Below, one piece after another: positions 22,901 through 36,891 of a stretch of DNA of 47,744 bases; position 1 is the stretch's first letter; each line of letters begins with the position of its first letter. The stretch lies in assembly GCA_900088475.1 (NCBI GenBank), contig FLMG01003682.1:1-47744 (forward strand). The letters are read 5' to 3'. The position numbers were made by a program, and so were the translations under genes. The stretch is from Hyphochytrium catenoides (lineage: Eukaryota; Protista; Hyphochytriomycota). The notes under the pieces are model-generated. The model was given only the letters and a program-made list of their open reading frames with translations, was not told the origin of the DNA and searched no databases.

Positions 22901-25900
22901 ACATGGACCCAAGGCCCCTCTTTCAGGAGAGAGCTTTGGCGATCTTAGCTCTGTCGTCGAACGCAAAGGCACAGACAATGCGGGACTACTTCCACCCACG
23001 ATACTTCTTCCGGAGGACGAGATTGACGACGATGGTCAGCTCGAAGATGACGAGAAGAGAGAGGGGAGTTGCCCTTTTGGTTATCAGCCGGACTTCCATG
23101 AGTCCTTTGTCAATAAGTTTCTTCGGGGTTCCGAGCTCAGAAAGAGAAGAGCAAGACCCGTTGCCTGGAGCTACTTCGTGTTCGACTCGCTTTCCACATC
23201 TCTAGCCATGAGTCGCGCACCAACTATGGCAGCCTCGGCGTTTTGCATTACAGCTGGAGCCAGTTTACTCGCCGTATGGAGTCCGCAAAGCAAGGTTCCT
23301 CAAGTCTGCTTTGGCAGAGCGCTGCTAGGTAAAGCGAGTTGGAGTAATCGGATATTCTATACACTGCCACTTCCTCGCAACCTGTGAACCTCCAGATTGA
23401 CCTTAAATTCTCTCTGCATGGCTTAGTTACTTACGTTGTCGCAGCATACCATCGAAGTAAATCAGGCTGCATATTCTTCTTCTGACGTTAGTTGCGGTTT
23501 CCTCAGTGTACTGTCTGTGACGGCTCTTTTTTTCCTCGGTGTCTCTACTTCATCTAACCTTGCGGTCTACCCACCTTCTTGTCCTTCCTTCCGCAACAAT
23601 TCACTATCCTGTCCCTATTGATAGGACTTGAGACCGGTCAGGTGTGTGCTATCTATATGGCTGGGCCCATAGTGGAAGACGTCAAAGATAGCTTACATGT
23701 GGAAGTCCGCTATTGCGGAGCTGATGCCATCCCATCGTACCGTTGTGGCTTATCCGAGGGTTTAGAGGTCAATCTATCCCTCAGGGGTTTCACAAACCTT
23801 TTTGGTCTCTTGGACGTAATCGGGGTAGTAGTGAATGAGTTGACCGTAGCTCTGCGAGAGGGGACAATGGACACCGCAGAACCAATCGGTCTTACATCAT
23901 CAACTGCACCATCGGGTGGGCTAGGTCACCTTTCGCTTCCCGATGAACGAGAAGGAGAGGAACAGAGCTCTGCTCTAATAATTGATGCACCAAGAACTTC
24001 TCAGATAGCACAGCCAGAAGAGGAAGGTGGGAATAAGAGCGGTTCACTCTATCACATTTGTCCCTACTAGTCTTCAACTCTGCGTGTCCTCTTTCGTCCT
24101 CCTCCCATTCCCTCTCCCTAGATTCTAGGGGCTGTTGCTTTGGTCTACCTATAGACGGCACTCACCACGTCCTGTAAGCAGCGCAATCTGTTTCTCAGGA
24201 GCAGATGCTGGCGGGGATTAGCAATAGACTCATGGCCACGCCACGGCTAAGTCCAGTGATAAAGGAAGAGGCGAAACGACAGAAAAGAGAAGTGGATGAT
24301 GGGCATCAATATAACGAGAATGATTTCACAACTACGTCAGTCCTAACGACGAAGAAGATTGTCATCCGAATCCAAGCTACAGCGTTCGAGCTCTATGGAG
24401 TGTCTTCGTCCAATATGGCGAAGCTTTCGTTGCCCCTATCTCTTCACTACTCGGCTTATCCGGAGAAGGAAGATCTTACCTTTACACTGGGGCCCCTGGC
24501 CTGTTTTGTCCTAACTAAAGATGTGGCCAGGACCATAACCAAGGTGAAGAGCTTATCTCTATGTTACTCATTGTCTCACTGGACTCCAGGATCAATCGGG
24601 GAGAGAGGGGTAACTGACCCAAACACCTATCGACTAATAACGGAGGAAGACGGTAGAAAGCAGGCTGCGGTTCATTACTTACGACAGCTCAACGTGAAGA
24701 TAGAGTCGCTGAAGGTGGAAGCCGATGGCAATCTGGAGCTTCTGGTAGCGTTGATAAACTCCATGGTCGGAGAGAAAAATGCATATAACTGGGAAGGAAG
24801 AGCAGAGGATTCAAGCCCTTCTTCTCAAGCCAATTCTGAAACAACGGGAGCACATCCTTCTCGGGCTGAAGTCTTCCCTGAGACTGAGGAAGGCACGCGT
24901 TCTCTCGTCGTTACTGCTCAGCATGGCCGACTGTTATCACTTGTAGCTTCTGAGAGAGAAGAGGGAGGAGGACGAAGCCTTATGGCCTCTGGGATGAGTG
25001 AACGTAGTGATAGATCACGGTATCCTCGGAGTGACGAGGAGCTTGAGGGAGAGACAAGGCCCAGACGTGCCAGTCGATGGAAACGCTTCCTTCAAGCCGG
25101 TGGAGATCCTGACGACGCGTCCGAGAATGATTGGGAGCTTCCAATTCCACAGGACGGGATATTTCTTGAGTCACCACCTGTTGACTCTGTACCAGATATC
25201 GTACCGACTCGAAGGAACAGCAGGGCATTGCCAGGGTATCATGGTGCGAGACGGCTAACTAGGGCCAACTCAAAACAAACAGAGCTCGAGAAGAGCGCAC
25301 ATAAGGTAAGAGACCAGAGGATCGAGAGCTATCAGAAGGGTTATGCTAACGGAGAGGGAATCACGCGTTATCAGTGGACGGGCTGGATTGAGTTGCTCTA
25401 CGTATACTCATATCTACACATCCCAAAATTTGAATTGGCGTTGACCTTCAGGACTTGACTTTAGCGCACTAAAGGTAGTTTAGAATCATTCGCTTCCGGA
25501 TTGTGGGAGTAGGTGACATGGATGAAAAAGGGCTAGACCTCCACGAGATAGTAGACTGAGAAGAGACCGAGTTCTTTCTGAGTTCTGTTATAATACTCAC
25601 ACCTTTATATCCAACAGGATAAAAGAGAGAGTGGGCGGATTGAAGTAGGAATGGACGAGCCCAGCGCCCCTGCGGGCCCTGCTACCTGTCCCGGAGCCTT
25701 ACTCTGCTACCAAAGCTTAGTTACCGTTACGGAGCCGGGTCTAGACATCACAATGAATCCCAGAACGATCTATATGCCCTACCTCCTACTCTCGGAAGTG
25801 GACGACAGACTATCTGTTACAGTTGATTTGATGAATATTCAGCTGCTCAAAAGAAGCTTGCAAAGGTGCATTACGCACACAGCTTCGCTTCTACTTAGAC

Positions 25901-28900
25901 CTTCTTGACATTATCCTGTTGACTCATAACGTGGTTGTATATCTGAGTCGCTTCAGTTTCTGCACGGTATGGTCCCTTCTTCATGAAATTGCCGGCCATC
26001 GTGATCCTTTCCACCCTCTCGTATAGCTCAGTGGCTTTCTCTTCACTCCACCTTGATCCGCATAGGTTTGCAATGGACACTTTCATTCCTATTGCCACCG
26101 TCTCTCTATACGAAATAGAGATACAGGCGAACTCTACATCGTTCTTCTCCAACGACCAGGTGCTCTCCTTATCTCTGGGCCTTAGGTAAAGGTATACTGT
26201 TGTCCTACGTTAGCTTTCAGCTTACCGCTGTTACCTCTGCTAGGTCCCAGTACTACAATACGCTGCTTGCGGAGTGGGAGCCTTTCGTAGAGCCTTGGAG
26301 GGTCTCTCTATATGTGGAGAAGGGCATAGTGGATCCTACGCTCATTGTTAACGTCAAGGCATTCGAAAGGTCAGTCCGCCGTCAATAGTTATAAAAACCT
26401 GCTTCTCTTTTACTTGTAAAGCTCCTTGCCTGACACTATCTCTCTGTAAGTTAGCTCTCTTTGACTCTTTGAGCGACACAGAGTACTCAACAATCCGACT
26501 TAACCCTGGATAGTCCTTCTCATTGCGCCAGCCTTTTTCTGTGTTATGGCCTCACTGGTTTCTTGTCCTCCATTAGGCTAAACATCAACATCACATCGGC
26601 CTTGCTGGAGTTATACTATAGCTTCATGAGAGATAGACGGCCGGGCGGTCCGCTCAAGAGGTCGGCAGCAGATGACAACCGATCTTCTTTTATCCTAACA
26701 GGAGAGCAAGGTTCCGGAGGCAGGGTAGCCGTCATAAACGATCTCGGGGTGAGAGCTCTCAGAACTTTGTGGAACTCACGCACTACTGTGAAGCTGCTAG
26801 AGCCGCCTAATATTATACTATATGACTCATGGCTCCTTATCAGATGTGGTCCTAGGATTAACCTGGTTCTCGTTGGGTTGGCTTTGTGCGTGCGTCCATG
26901 TCTTTGAGATAGCGTGCTAGGAAATCGAGTCCTTGTAGCTGTTGACTCTGTTTAGCTATTGATCCCATCTGCCTGGTGGCCCAGTTCTAAGCGTATCCCT
27001 TCGGGACCCACATGTTCTACTAGGTGCCTATCCATCTTGCCAATCTTGGTACTTCCAGGCCCGGAAAGCTTCATATTCAGATTCGGGATGGGTGGACCCT
27101 TCCCAACTTTGTGCGCTTCCATGAATGCAAGATAACCCTCTCTCTTCTACCCTGGCGTCGTTCTTTCAGGACAAGGTAAGTAGTCGGTGTAGGTTATACG
27201 CTGTGTGACCAAGCCGCGGCCTACCAACCGGTTTCACGTCCTGTTACGGCTATTTTATATAAGTTGATACGATCGGCTTCATTCTGTCCGTTTAATGGTT
27301 TCTGGTCCTTACCTAGGCGGCTGGAGGGCGCCGCCACGTCTTTCATCCTAGACTATGAAGGCGCTCTACCGGGTGTTGCTCCAAAGCTTCTGATAAAATG
27401 CGCATTGCAAAAGAAGGAGGCAGCCGTTATCTACCCAATGGTGAGTAGAATTAGGTAGATAGTGACGCAAGGGCGCCTATACTTCACTACACTACTGGCC
27501 CTGTGATAATCTCTCCAACGTGTTCGAGATGGCCCTATCTTTGGCACATCGTCGTTTAGATTCACATCTGCTCTCGCCATGCGTCTGGTATTACCTTTGC
27601 GGTCCATCTCTTCTCATCGTGTTGGGCGAATTTGTATGACAGACCAAACTCGAGGAAGGAGAGGATGTAGGGGGCTCTGAGTACATCCTTGTGGGAGAGA
27701 CAGAGCTTGACCTTGTCTCCAGGTTGAAAGTTTCAGACAGGCCCCTAAAACAGGCAAGGGATTGACTTTGCCTGCTCTCTTATGACGCAACCTCTGTGGA
27801 TGTTAAGCGTGCTACCATTGTCTGGCATGGTTTTACCTTACAAAGGCTTGGCTCCTCGATGATATGCAAAGCCTTAAACTACATGTGATGGCCATACGTT
27901 GGTCTCACACCGTCTTTCTAATCCTCAGTGGATTCGGATCCGTAATGCACAAGGTTTGGACACGGCTGAGCTTATGATCGTGCTGCGATTCAAGCCGGAC
28001 GAAGCCTTTACTGATCAAGTCCAGAGAGGACCTGCAGCAATGCCTGGGAAGTTCTTGAAGTTTGATCCCTTTGCACTCGGGTAGGGAGTCTTTGATTCCT
28101 TGCTTAGTTTCTGTAAAAAGCTACGGCCTTCTGGTTTGCGCTTCTCCTTCTTGTTTGTCTTCCTCGTTTGTCGAGATGGTTCTAGTAAGTTGTTAGCAAT
28201 CTGCCCACGGACAGTGTCACTAACGTATATACGGTCCGAGCTCCAGTTTGCTTTTTGACCCCCATTAACCCTGTTGCATTTCTAGAGATAATTCCCCCAC
28301 ACAACCCTCAATTATGTCATCGTATCATGAAGGGAGGGGCCTCACTGCTGCCAAGGTTCCCCCGATTGCATTGGAAGTGGACATGGGTGGAGGTGCTGCC
28401 CCTTGGGTTCTATTGTGCCCCCTACATAGAGCTGGTCGGTTCGTTTTAAGAGGTGAGGAACTATCAACTATCAGTGTGGGTCTAATCAATGGGTTGCGGT
28501 CAATTGCCAGCTTACAACGTTTTGAGCAGTGGCCCTCCTATTTAACCGTCGCATCGATTGTAAGGCACAGCGCCAAATCCTTACCGTCTTGAAAGCAGCC
28601 TCCTTTCTCGTGTATTTGCAAAAGTATTCTTAACATTGTTCTGTCACTCAAAATCTATGTAGGAGAGGGCAATCTTATAGTCGAGGCTAAGGTGGCTCTT
28701 CGTGATCAGTTCAAGCGCGTAGTCAAGCTCTCTTCTCCCGTCCGAGTAAAAAATTGCACCGCTTATGAGCTGAACATCTGGACTGCACATGTGGAGGAAG
28801 TTGATGCGGAGATCCCAGGGTAAGTATTCATGACGGTTGATGGGAACAGGGGCTCATTGCCGCAAGGGTGTGAGGGAGCTACTCGTGGTGGAAGAGCATA

Positions 28901-31900
28901 TTTCAAAGATAGCAAACATAAATGGAGCAGTTTCAGATCAAGCATGTGCAGATTCGTCGTGGTATTGAGGTGAAGGCAATGAAGTTGGAGGCCTTCACAG
29001 GAACATGGGGGTTAGATAACGATAAAAGGGAAAAGATTTTTTGCTTGAGAATTTTAGTAGTGAAAAACTAACGAGCTCCCTCTCATCTTCGCTCAGTTCT
29101 GGCGTCACTTGTCTTGAGCCAGGCCGGAAACTCTCTGTTCCTCTTCAAAGCCTCCAGGCGACCCCACGTCATTACGTCCGTATGCAGGCTGGGCACGGAC
29201 GACCAGTGAACCTTCTTGAGGTGGAACACTGCGCACCAGGCAACTTCATTCTTTACAGCAAAAGTGCCACATCAAACGATGAGATAGGTAGGTGGATGAG
29301 TTGTGGCGCCTATGAGTTACTAATCCAATCCAGTCCAAATGACTTGAATTCTTATCGGACGTCGAATCCGCCTCGTCCCCTACTTCCTTTTTTGCCTTCA
29401 TCTGCCCTCTATCTTTGTCGTCTTTGCTTGGTGGTAAGATATCTGTTAATTTGCTTTGCTTATGTGGAACTTGCATGCGATACTTTAGGCATGTGTTTCT
29501 TTGTAAGCATCGTGGAGCAAATGCGGCACATATTCCAGGAGCAACAAAACGTCGCCTCTTCCACACCTTCGTCGTCTTCCCTCCGGGGGACAATTACGAC
29601 TCTTTCGGTCTTCCCCTGCCTCACTTTCGAGAACGCCCTCCCAGTTCGCTTGGAGTACAAAGTGGAGTCGGGGAACGGGAAGGAGATAGGCGCAGGCTTT
29701 CTAGGTCCAGGTATGTAAGAGGAAAAGAGAAAGGAGCTAGTAGCCGCCATTAGGGTGGAATTTCTATATGATCAGCAATTGACTTTCTATGGGTCATGCG
29801 CTGAGTTCACACTGGGTCTATCATGTATCGGTCGGTTGGAGCCTTACTTTAGCCTGCTTGACACGGAAGCTTATCAATTTTGCCCTGCTAATAATCTGCT
29901 CTCCGGATCCCGTTTCTGAACACAAGGCGAAGAGCGCGACTTCTACGAGTTTGGACCTCGCTCCAATCTGTTCGTTCGACTTCCTTCCCTGGATACGCAG
30001 TGGTCCGCGCCTTTGAACTTCGCCTCCTTGGTGGCGCCCAAGGTTGGCAGCAGTCTCTGCTCTCAGACGGTGACACAGGCACAAGATCTACAAGAAGGCG
30101 ATGTAGGTGGAAGGCACAGGTTCGTCATGTGTATCTAACCCAATTCCTCAAGAGTCTCTTAAGGCTTTATTTGGGGTGCAGACCACGATTATTATTGCAT
30201 TTATATCCTTTCAGGGCTAATGGGATGGTAGTTATATGGTCTAACACAGGGTCGGATATCATAACCTAACGATCGTCCGGTTAGATTTTTGAGCGCCTGC
30301 CTGCGTGTTATCTCCGAGCATTTTATTGCGTCCGATTTATTCCGCTTACTCTGACTTCAGACATTTACCTGCTATTTCTTGCAGGGACGAGGTGGTCGAG
30401 TTCTACTCGGCTTCTGACAAGATGCAAATCTTCTCTTCCTCACTGAATGACTCGGCGCATATTTTCACTGCACAGTTAGATTTTGCGGTATCTGGTGAGT
30501 GCTCCTCAGACATTTCCGCCTTCTCGTCCCCATTGAGGGCAATTAGCAGTGCTGACGACCCGGACGTTTGCACTCTGGCGGTGGGAAATTGATTCACCAT
30601 CTATCTTCGAGCATTTGATTTACCATATTGTATCTATCTATTCTCTCTAGTAGTTGACCCTGTGCTTCGAGCATTAGTTTTGGTCGCTTAAACGGCAATC
30701 TTTATCCACCTCTGTACGTTGATGTCAGACCATGGAGGGCCACGAGTGGTCATCTTTGCCAATCTCTGGCTCTATAATGAGAGTCATATACCCCAGCTAC
30801 TCTTCAGGTAATGCTATAGTCATTCAGCACGTAGGTGGCTTGCATTAAAGGGAGACCGGCAGCCATCAGCTCCTTGAGTGCGATTCCAAGCGGTTGTCGG
30901 GGGTTTAACCTTTGAGTTGGCGCTTCTAGTCCTCTATTTGCGTTGCTAGACCATCGTGTGGTGCTAAAAGCCACATTGACGGTCCTTGTTGTTCACCCGT
31001 TCGCTGCCCTGTATACAGGTACACTGAAGAACCAGAGTCCAAGATTACCGTCGCACCGCAGATCCTACGTTCTCGACCTGTGCCAACACTAATGCACTGC
31101 CCGACCCAGAAGGTACATACGGTTGAAGGATTTGACATACACCGGGTGGGACGTCACCCGGAAAGAGTCTCAGCTAGCCAGAGGATCCCTGAATGGGCTA
31201 GAGGAATCAGCCACGCGTCTCCCTCCGTTGACTCGTAGTGTCGTAGTTCTAACCGCTTCCTTTTATTGTAGTTCCAGATCGCAACCTATGTTGACTCTCA
31301 GTTATCTCAATGGTCTATCTTCACGCCTGCTACAGCCGTTGGGGTACAAGGCGAAGTATCCTTTCATTCGAAGGATGCAGCTGCGCAAAAGGTCCGCTCG
31401 GACGTTGGAATAGCGGTGTATAGGCCCTCAGGCCGCTTCCACCGGTCAGCACAGGTAAATGAACACCAATATAATGGCAATTTAGAGGGTCGAATTTGAT
31501 GCGCTAAGGAAATCTATCACTTTGGCTATCTTCACTTGCGTTTGGGCACTATGTTTGCCACATGTCTTTGAAACACTGTCAACTTGCCTAACCTCTGTGT
31601 CCACTCCGTGGTGCGATGTTGGCGGTGTGTCCATGATCACGATTTCTACCCTTTACGGACCAGGTGGTCATTACTCCCCGCTACGTGTTCGTGAACAAGC
31701 TATCCTTCACCTTTGAGGTAAGAGTGGTATTGTTGTTAACTACACAACAGTTGCCATGAGGTGGTGGTCCGTTGACTATCACGAAAGGAGTTTTTCAGAG
31801 CTCATGTTTCCTTCTGATCGACCTCTGACGTCGGGCAGTACAGAGTATAAGCTCTCTTACGTTCTTTCTTGTAGGTCCGTGGAGTGTCAAAGGCCAGTCC

Positions 31901-34900
31901 CGCTCGCCTCATTGAGCGAGCAGCCCCCATCACGATTCCACCGGCCAAAGGACAAGAGCCATCCGTGACCCCCTACGACTTCCTTGTGACGTTCCAGCGT
32001 TCAGTCCAGATCAGGCAAAAGCTACCAGGAGCAATGTATGAGAACTTCTTTGCGAAATTCCGGGGTTTGGGGTGAAATTGGAAAGGGAAGCGAGGGGTCC
32101 TGAAGGGGCAAATTGCCTTGAAAGTGAGCCACGAAACGGCCAGAACAATTTCTGACGCTGAGAGACAGATAGCTGTTATACGTTTCCTCTTCTGATCATT
32201 TCTCTATGCGAACCACGGCTTATCCTTCACTATGCACAGGTGGAGTGGTAACTTTGTTCTGGACGAGGAGGGTGAGTTCCCGCTCAGGCTGCGGGTGCAG
32301 AAGCTGGAAGACACTCTCCAGGTAGGTTCAATGGTAGGTGTGGAGACAAGGAAGTTAGCAGGGTCACACTCTACTACCACTTGTGCTCGTTGTGAAATAT
32401 GTTCCTAAAATGCTATTATATGCAGCCTTCGCTGGTCAGGGTGCGGATTACAATTCAGGGAGTTGGTGCATCAGTAGTCGTCACCATCGCGGAGGATGAC
32501 CCTCCTACCTTTCTGGTCAGCAACCAGTCGTCTGTTGATGTTCAATTGAGGCAAGTGGCAGGTTTAGAAGCTTCGGATGTTATTCAACCCAACGCTTCAA
32601 TGGCGTTTGCATGGGACAGACCGTTCGGCGCAAGGTATGCCGTCTTATCATGACCTCCACGCTTAATAAGCCGTTGTTCACCCTATTCCAACCGCGTTCA
32701 TTTTAACACATTGTACTTCATCTGTTAGGGAAGTCGTTGTCCGTCTTCGCTATACTCCTGGGGAGGAAGCCGCAGGACAGCGACCGAAGAAAAATGTCTT
32801 CTATAGTGATAGTCAAAAGGCGAGCTTTGACGAATTGCAGCAGGGACTTCTCCCACTCTCAGTGAGCGGGTGGTTTGGGAGCAAAATTGTTTCTGCGGAG
32901 GTCAGAGCCTTTCTATACACTATGTGCTCTACGTGCCCACTTGAACTTGTAATCTATCTCCTAGGTGGTTGTCCGGGGCCGGACACGGATATTGACCTTC
33001 ACAGAAGGCGCACAGCAATCAAGGGCAAAATACCTCTTGCAGGTCCACGTAATATCCTGCCGCCGATTCTTGCCTTCCCATGAGCCACTGGACGGTTCTG
33101 TCGAAGTTGTCTGCGGCGACCAGGTCAGCATAGATAAGTAGGGGGCGTGAGGTCAAGGCAGGCTTTCTTGTTATCTTTTAATGGTTATCCATCTAGTTCC
33201 CAAATTCCGGTGGCAGACGGCATAGGTTGTTATATGGTAGGGCCGTATTGATGTGCACCGAACCATCGATAAACAGAGAGAGACCTAGGGAGGAAGGGCT
33301 CACACTCTCTAATGATCTAGCATGGGTTTTATGCTGATGTGCCTCTGTTAGCATGCCTCGACACCACAAGTCCGATGTGGTGCAAATGGCCTCTACAGGT
33401 TTGAGACTCAGCTCACTATGAACTTTGGGAATAGACCGTCCGAGGTTACGGTACTGCTAAAAGAGGAACCAGTGGTAAGGTCTATGAGGGTGTCTGCTTA
33501 TACCTCCATTCTTTTACTCTTTGCTTGAGTGCTTCCCCCAAGGTCCACGTAAGGGTTTCTTTTACCTCTATCAAACCTGGCAAGTCAATTATGGAGTACT
33601 GCTCACGCAATTTATTCTCTTAGAAGTCGCAATGCCTGTCATCGCTTCCACTGAGTCAGAGTAATCGGTCCCTTTCTCGTACCTCCAACTATTCCTATGG
33701 CAAGCCAACGGAGCCAAATTGGCCCAAATCTACCGAGGTGCGAGTCTTAAACGCCGTCAAGGTGGTGTCAGAGTTACACACAAAGTGGAAGAGATGGGAG
33801 ATGATCAGGGAACTCTGGCCGCAGTGAGGAAATGGCTGTGGCCAGAACAATACATATGCAACTAAGGACTCTTTTCTTCTTTCTAGCCTGACCACATTAT
33901 CGAGATGCCGGATGTGCTTTCACCTATGGTGTACTCTTCCCCCGCCCAGCTTCCTTCACTAGAAGCCATCAGAACCGTAAGTAACCCTCATCAACTCCAA
34001 GCTCTATCTATTCTTACCTGGTTTACGCTAACACTCCTGCTGACTGGTGTCCTTTCATTGGATATCGATTGGATCGATGTAGCCCAACCTTCACGACAAT
34101 GGATATGAAGAATCGACATCAGTCAATCCTAACCCATGGGACAACCTGATACCTGACCCCGACGCCGACGTGAGTGGACGTCACATCTGAGATTAATACT
34201 ATGATCACTAACATTCATTACGCTTAGCCATTCTCGCATGCGGCGGGACGGGTTTACATTCGGATACCTCGAAAAAGTTGGGAGAATGTCGGGACTGTCT
34301 CCAACGCAGTTACTGATGTCCAAACGTCGTGGTGGAGTTTGACATCCTTCGATTCGGAGACGCAAAGAGAGGTGAGGTAGAGTAATCGGACGTAGAACTA
34401 TAGTATTGAGCAAAGACATGCCTTGCAAGAGGAGAGGAACGTGATACCGAAGTCGAGACATGTTGATGCCTGATACACTTTTGTCTCCTTCTTGCCAGGT
34501 GACGGTAGGGGAAGTTGAGTTGAGCTTCCAGTTTCGTATGGCCTATAAGGAGAAAATGGAGGAGGCTCACGAGGACTTGTGGTTCCGGGCACATCTCCCA
34601 AGCCTCGGCATCTCTATTATCAACAATTTGAAGCAAATGGAGGTCAGTAGCTCCCTTTTGGCTTCCATGAGGAATCTGTTTGCGTGGTACACAATCTTCT
34701 GAAGTTACCACTCGATAGGTGGCCTACTTCATAGTTCAAAGAGCGCATATTCTCTACTGGACTAAGGGGAACTTTAAAGAGCTGGGTCTGTCCGTGGGCA
34801 ATATTCAGCTGGATGACCAGATGGAGAGTAGAGTTGTCCTAGCACCTAAAATCTATGAGACCAAAGTGGGCACCGATGTCCGCTTAAGGGACCGTCTGAA

Positions 34901-36891
34901 AGCCTGCCTGAACTACAAGCATCGACGTCTTCTCCATGTGATAGACAGGAAAAGACTCAATGCTTTCCAGTTCCGTCTTCTTTGGTCCTCATCTCCACTG
35001 TTAACGCACGTGGAGCTCTTTGATATGCTCCTGCAGGACTTTGTTCTCAGTACAGATGAGAGATTCCTCGTTGAGCTAATCACAGTCTTCCAAGGAATAG
35101 GTGGACTCAGAACAGAGCCTGAGTTCCACCATGTTCTGGATCAAAGCGTAGATTACCTCTCGGATGTCAACAGTCAGGTATTGTTACAGTAAACGACTGC
35201 TTGGTTCACGTTTCTCATGCTGTTGGTCTTAGGGGACGACTTTGTATTTGGAGATGATGAACATCGAGCCTATCAGGATTAATATCTCTCTGGATATTCT
35301 TGGAGGAAGGTTAGCCAACAGCTTTTTGCCATTGGTGGTCTGTCTATTGCTTACCTTACCTGGTTCTCCTCTTGATCTGCTTTCTGCCTCTCTTTGATAG
35401 TTGGCTTTACTGTCTTTGATCGTGGCATGTTACAAGCTCCTGGACTGCTCCTAACCATTTTTATGAAGATACGTGAAGACGCTAGGTCCAGCGGGTCGAC
35501 GAATGGCCTCCTACCTTCCCAACTCTTCTATTAAAAAGCTTCGGATGTATTTTCCCTCCATTCTGGTCATACACGCCTACCAGCCGTTTGAAGTCATGTA
35601 CGAGCGTATCTACCGACATTACATGCAACAGGCAGCCATCATCATTCTTAGGGTGAGCGACAAGATCCTCTCCCTCATTTCTCCTGCACTTGGCGCCATT
35701 ATGGCAGCAGCGTCTCCGTGTCTTCCCGCTGAACATCCGACGTCCTGGCTAGGCCATAGCATACTCGTTAATCTTTTGGCTTCTTATCTTGGTTCAGTCT
35801 AGTTCGCTCTCTTCTGTGTTGACCTTCTCTGTCGGGAATTCCATCAGGGTTTGTACACAGTCACCCTCTTCGTCAACCCTTTGCGAATTATTTACCGCCT
35901 GGGTCATGGAATGTTAGAGGTCGTTAGGATGCCGGCGAGAGGTAAGGGGATGAGTTCATCATTCTCACACTCAGCCTCTGATATTTCTTCGCCCTTTTAG
36001 CATACGGGCTCGGCCTAATTTAAGTGTAGTCATGGGTTGTCACTCTTTCTCCGCCTCCACCCAGAATCATTCCCTTCCCTACGACTTATCGCCCTGCACA
36101 ATTTGTAGGTCTGGCCAGTGGCAACCCCGTGGAGCTCCTCACTGGATCGTATTTGGGACTGCGGTCTTTCGTGACGAATTTGATTAGTGCCAGCTATGAG
36201 ACCATCGCCGGGGTCAGCGGCATCCTGGCGCAAGTTGTAGGACAAGCCCTGCGAGACAGGGCAAAGAAGGCGCTCCAAGAAGAGGCATTGGGACTCCAGG
36301 TGCGTTGTTCGTTAAGTTTCATCACTTTGGCCTTTCTTTCTCTGCGTTATGGAGGTTAACCATCTACTTGCAACGTCTACGCCATGTTCTACCTTACTCT
36401 GTTACGCCTTGTCTCACCACCTCGTGTGTACACTCATTTACCCTAAATAGAGCTACATCATGGAGGAAGTGGCGAATCTCGATGCCATTGGAGAGAGAAC
36501 TTCCTCCAGGCAAGCTATTCGACAACCCCGGCGATTTGATGCTGGAGGTATTGGACTGCTGCGGGAGTACGGCCCAGGTCCTTTCCCGAAGGAGCAGCAA
36601 AGATTTATAGATTTACGGGCTGCGGTTACTCTTCAGGTGCGACCAGCATTCTAAGACTTTGCACAATATCTGTGCACCTCGTAAAAAATTTTCTAGTGTT
36701 GAGCCCTCCTGATGCCTTTGGTGGCACACCGATGCCTGTGTACGTTCTCAGCCACATATGTTGGGGAGAGGACCTAACTCGAATTTCCTTAGCGATGGTT
36801 CCGGCGCCGAAGAATCTTAAGAGCCCTACTACGCTCACAGGCTACCCCTGTGGACGACACGCCTGAAAAGAAGTTCTGCATCATTTGCTAG
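19938..36891 (+). CDS. VPS13: VPS13-family bridge-like lipid transfer protein, many exons, with PDZ, IQ, PH and C2-like insertions
   Basis: Chorein-N start 'MVLGEQLKKYIDRFLAEYVE..LRINLWS..LPFVLKVGYIGEI..IP', 'RVIDNLQIKIKNLHIRFE', 'YYNTLLAEWEPFVEPW', VAB-type repeats ('PCLTFENALP', 'PTFLVSNQS..FAWDRP'), 'SLGISII', 'GNIQLDDQM', 'RQPRRF..LLREY'. Exon 1 is 19938-23328; last exon 36793-36891. Not every internal junction was verified. Confidence 0.9.
21294..21533 (+). other. PDZ domain inside VPS13
   Basis: EVKIVYADGNVGLKL...IVVQRCISGGQSEALGLVKPGYILVRVNGIPVLGKTIEEVYSMIHEASFPRVLTF matches the PDZ pattern. Confidence 0.85.
22371..22842 (+). other. IQ motif followed by PH domain inside VPS13
   Basis: IIKLQALYRRHVARR; then GWLYVR..FRRWKRCYCFL...FLIET..CADDSVEDVNSWIASIK (PH terminal Trp helix). 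Confidence 0.8.
27754..27928 (+). other. GC-AG intron in VPS13
   Basis: CTA AAA CAG|gcaagg ... cctcag|TGG ATT CGG. Read-through stops after 3 codons and the nearest GT donor is the wrong phase. Confidence 0.75.
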
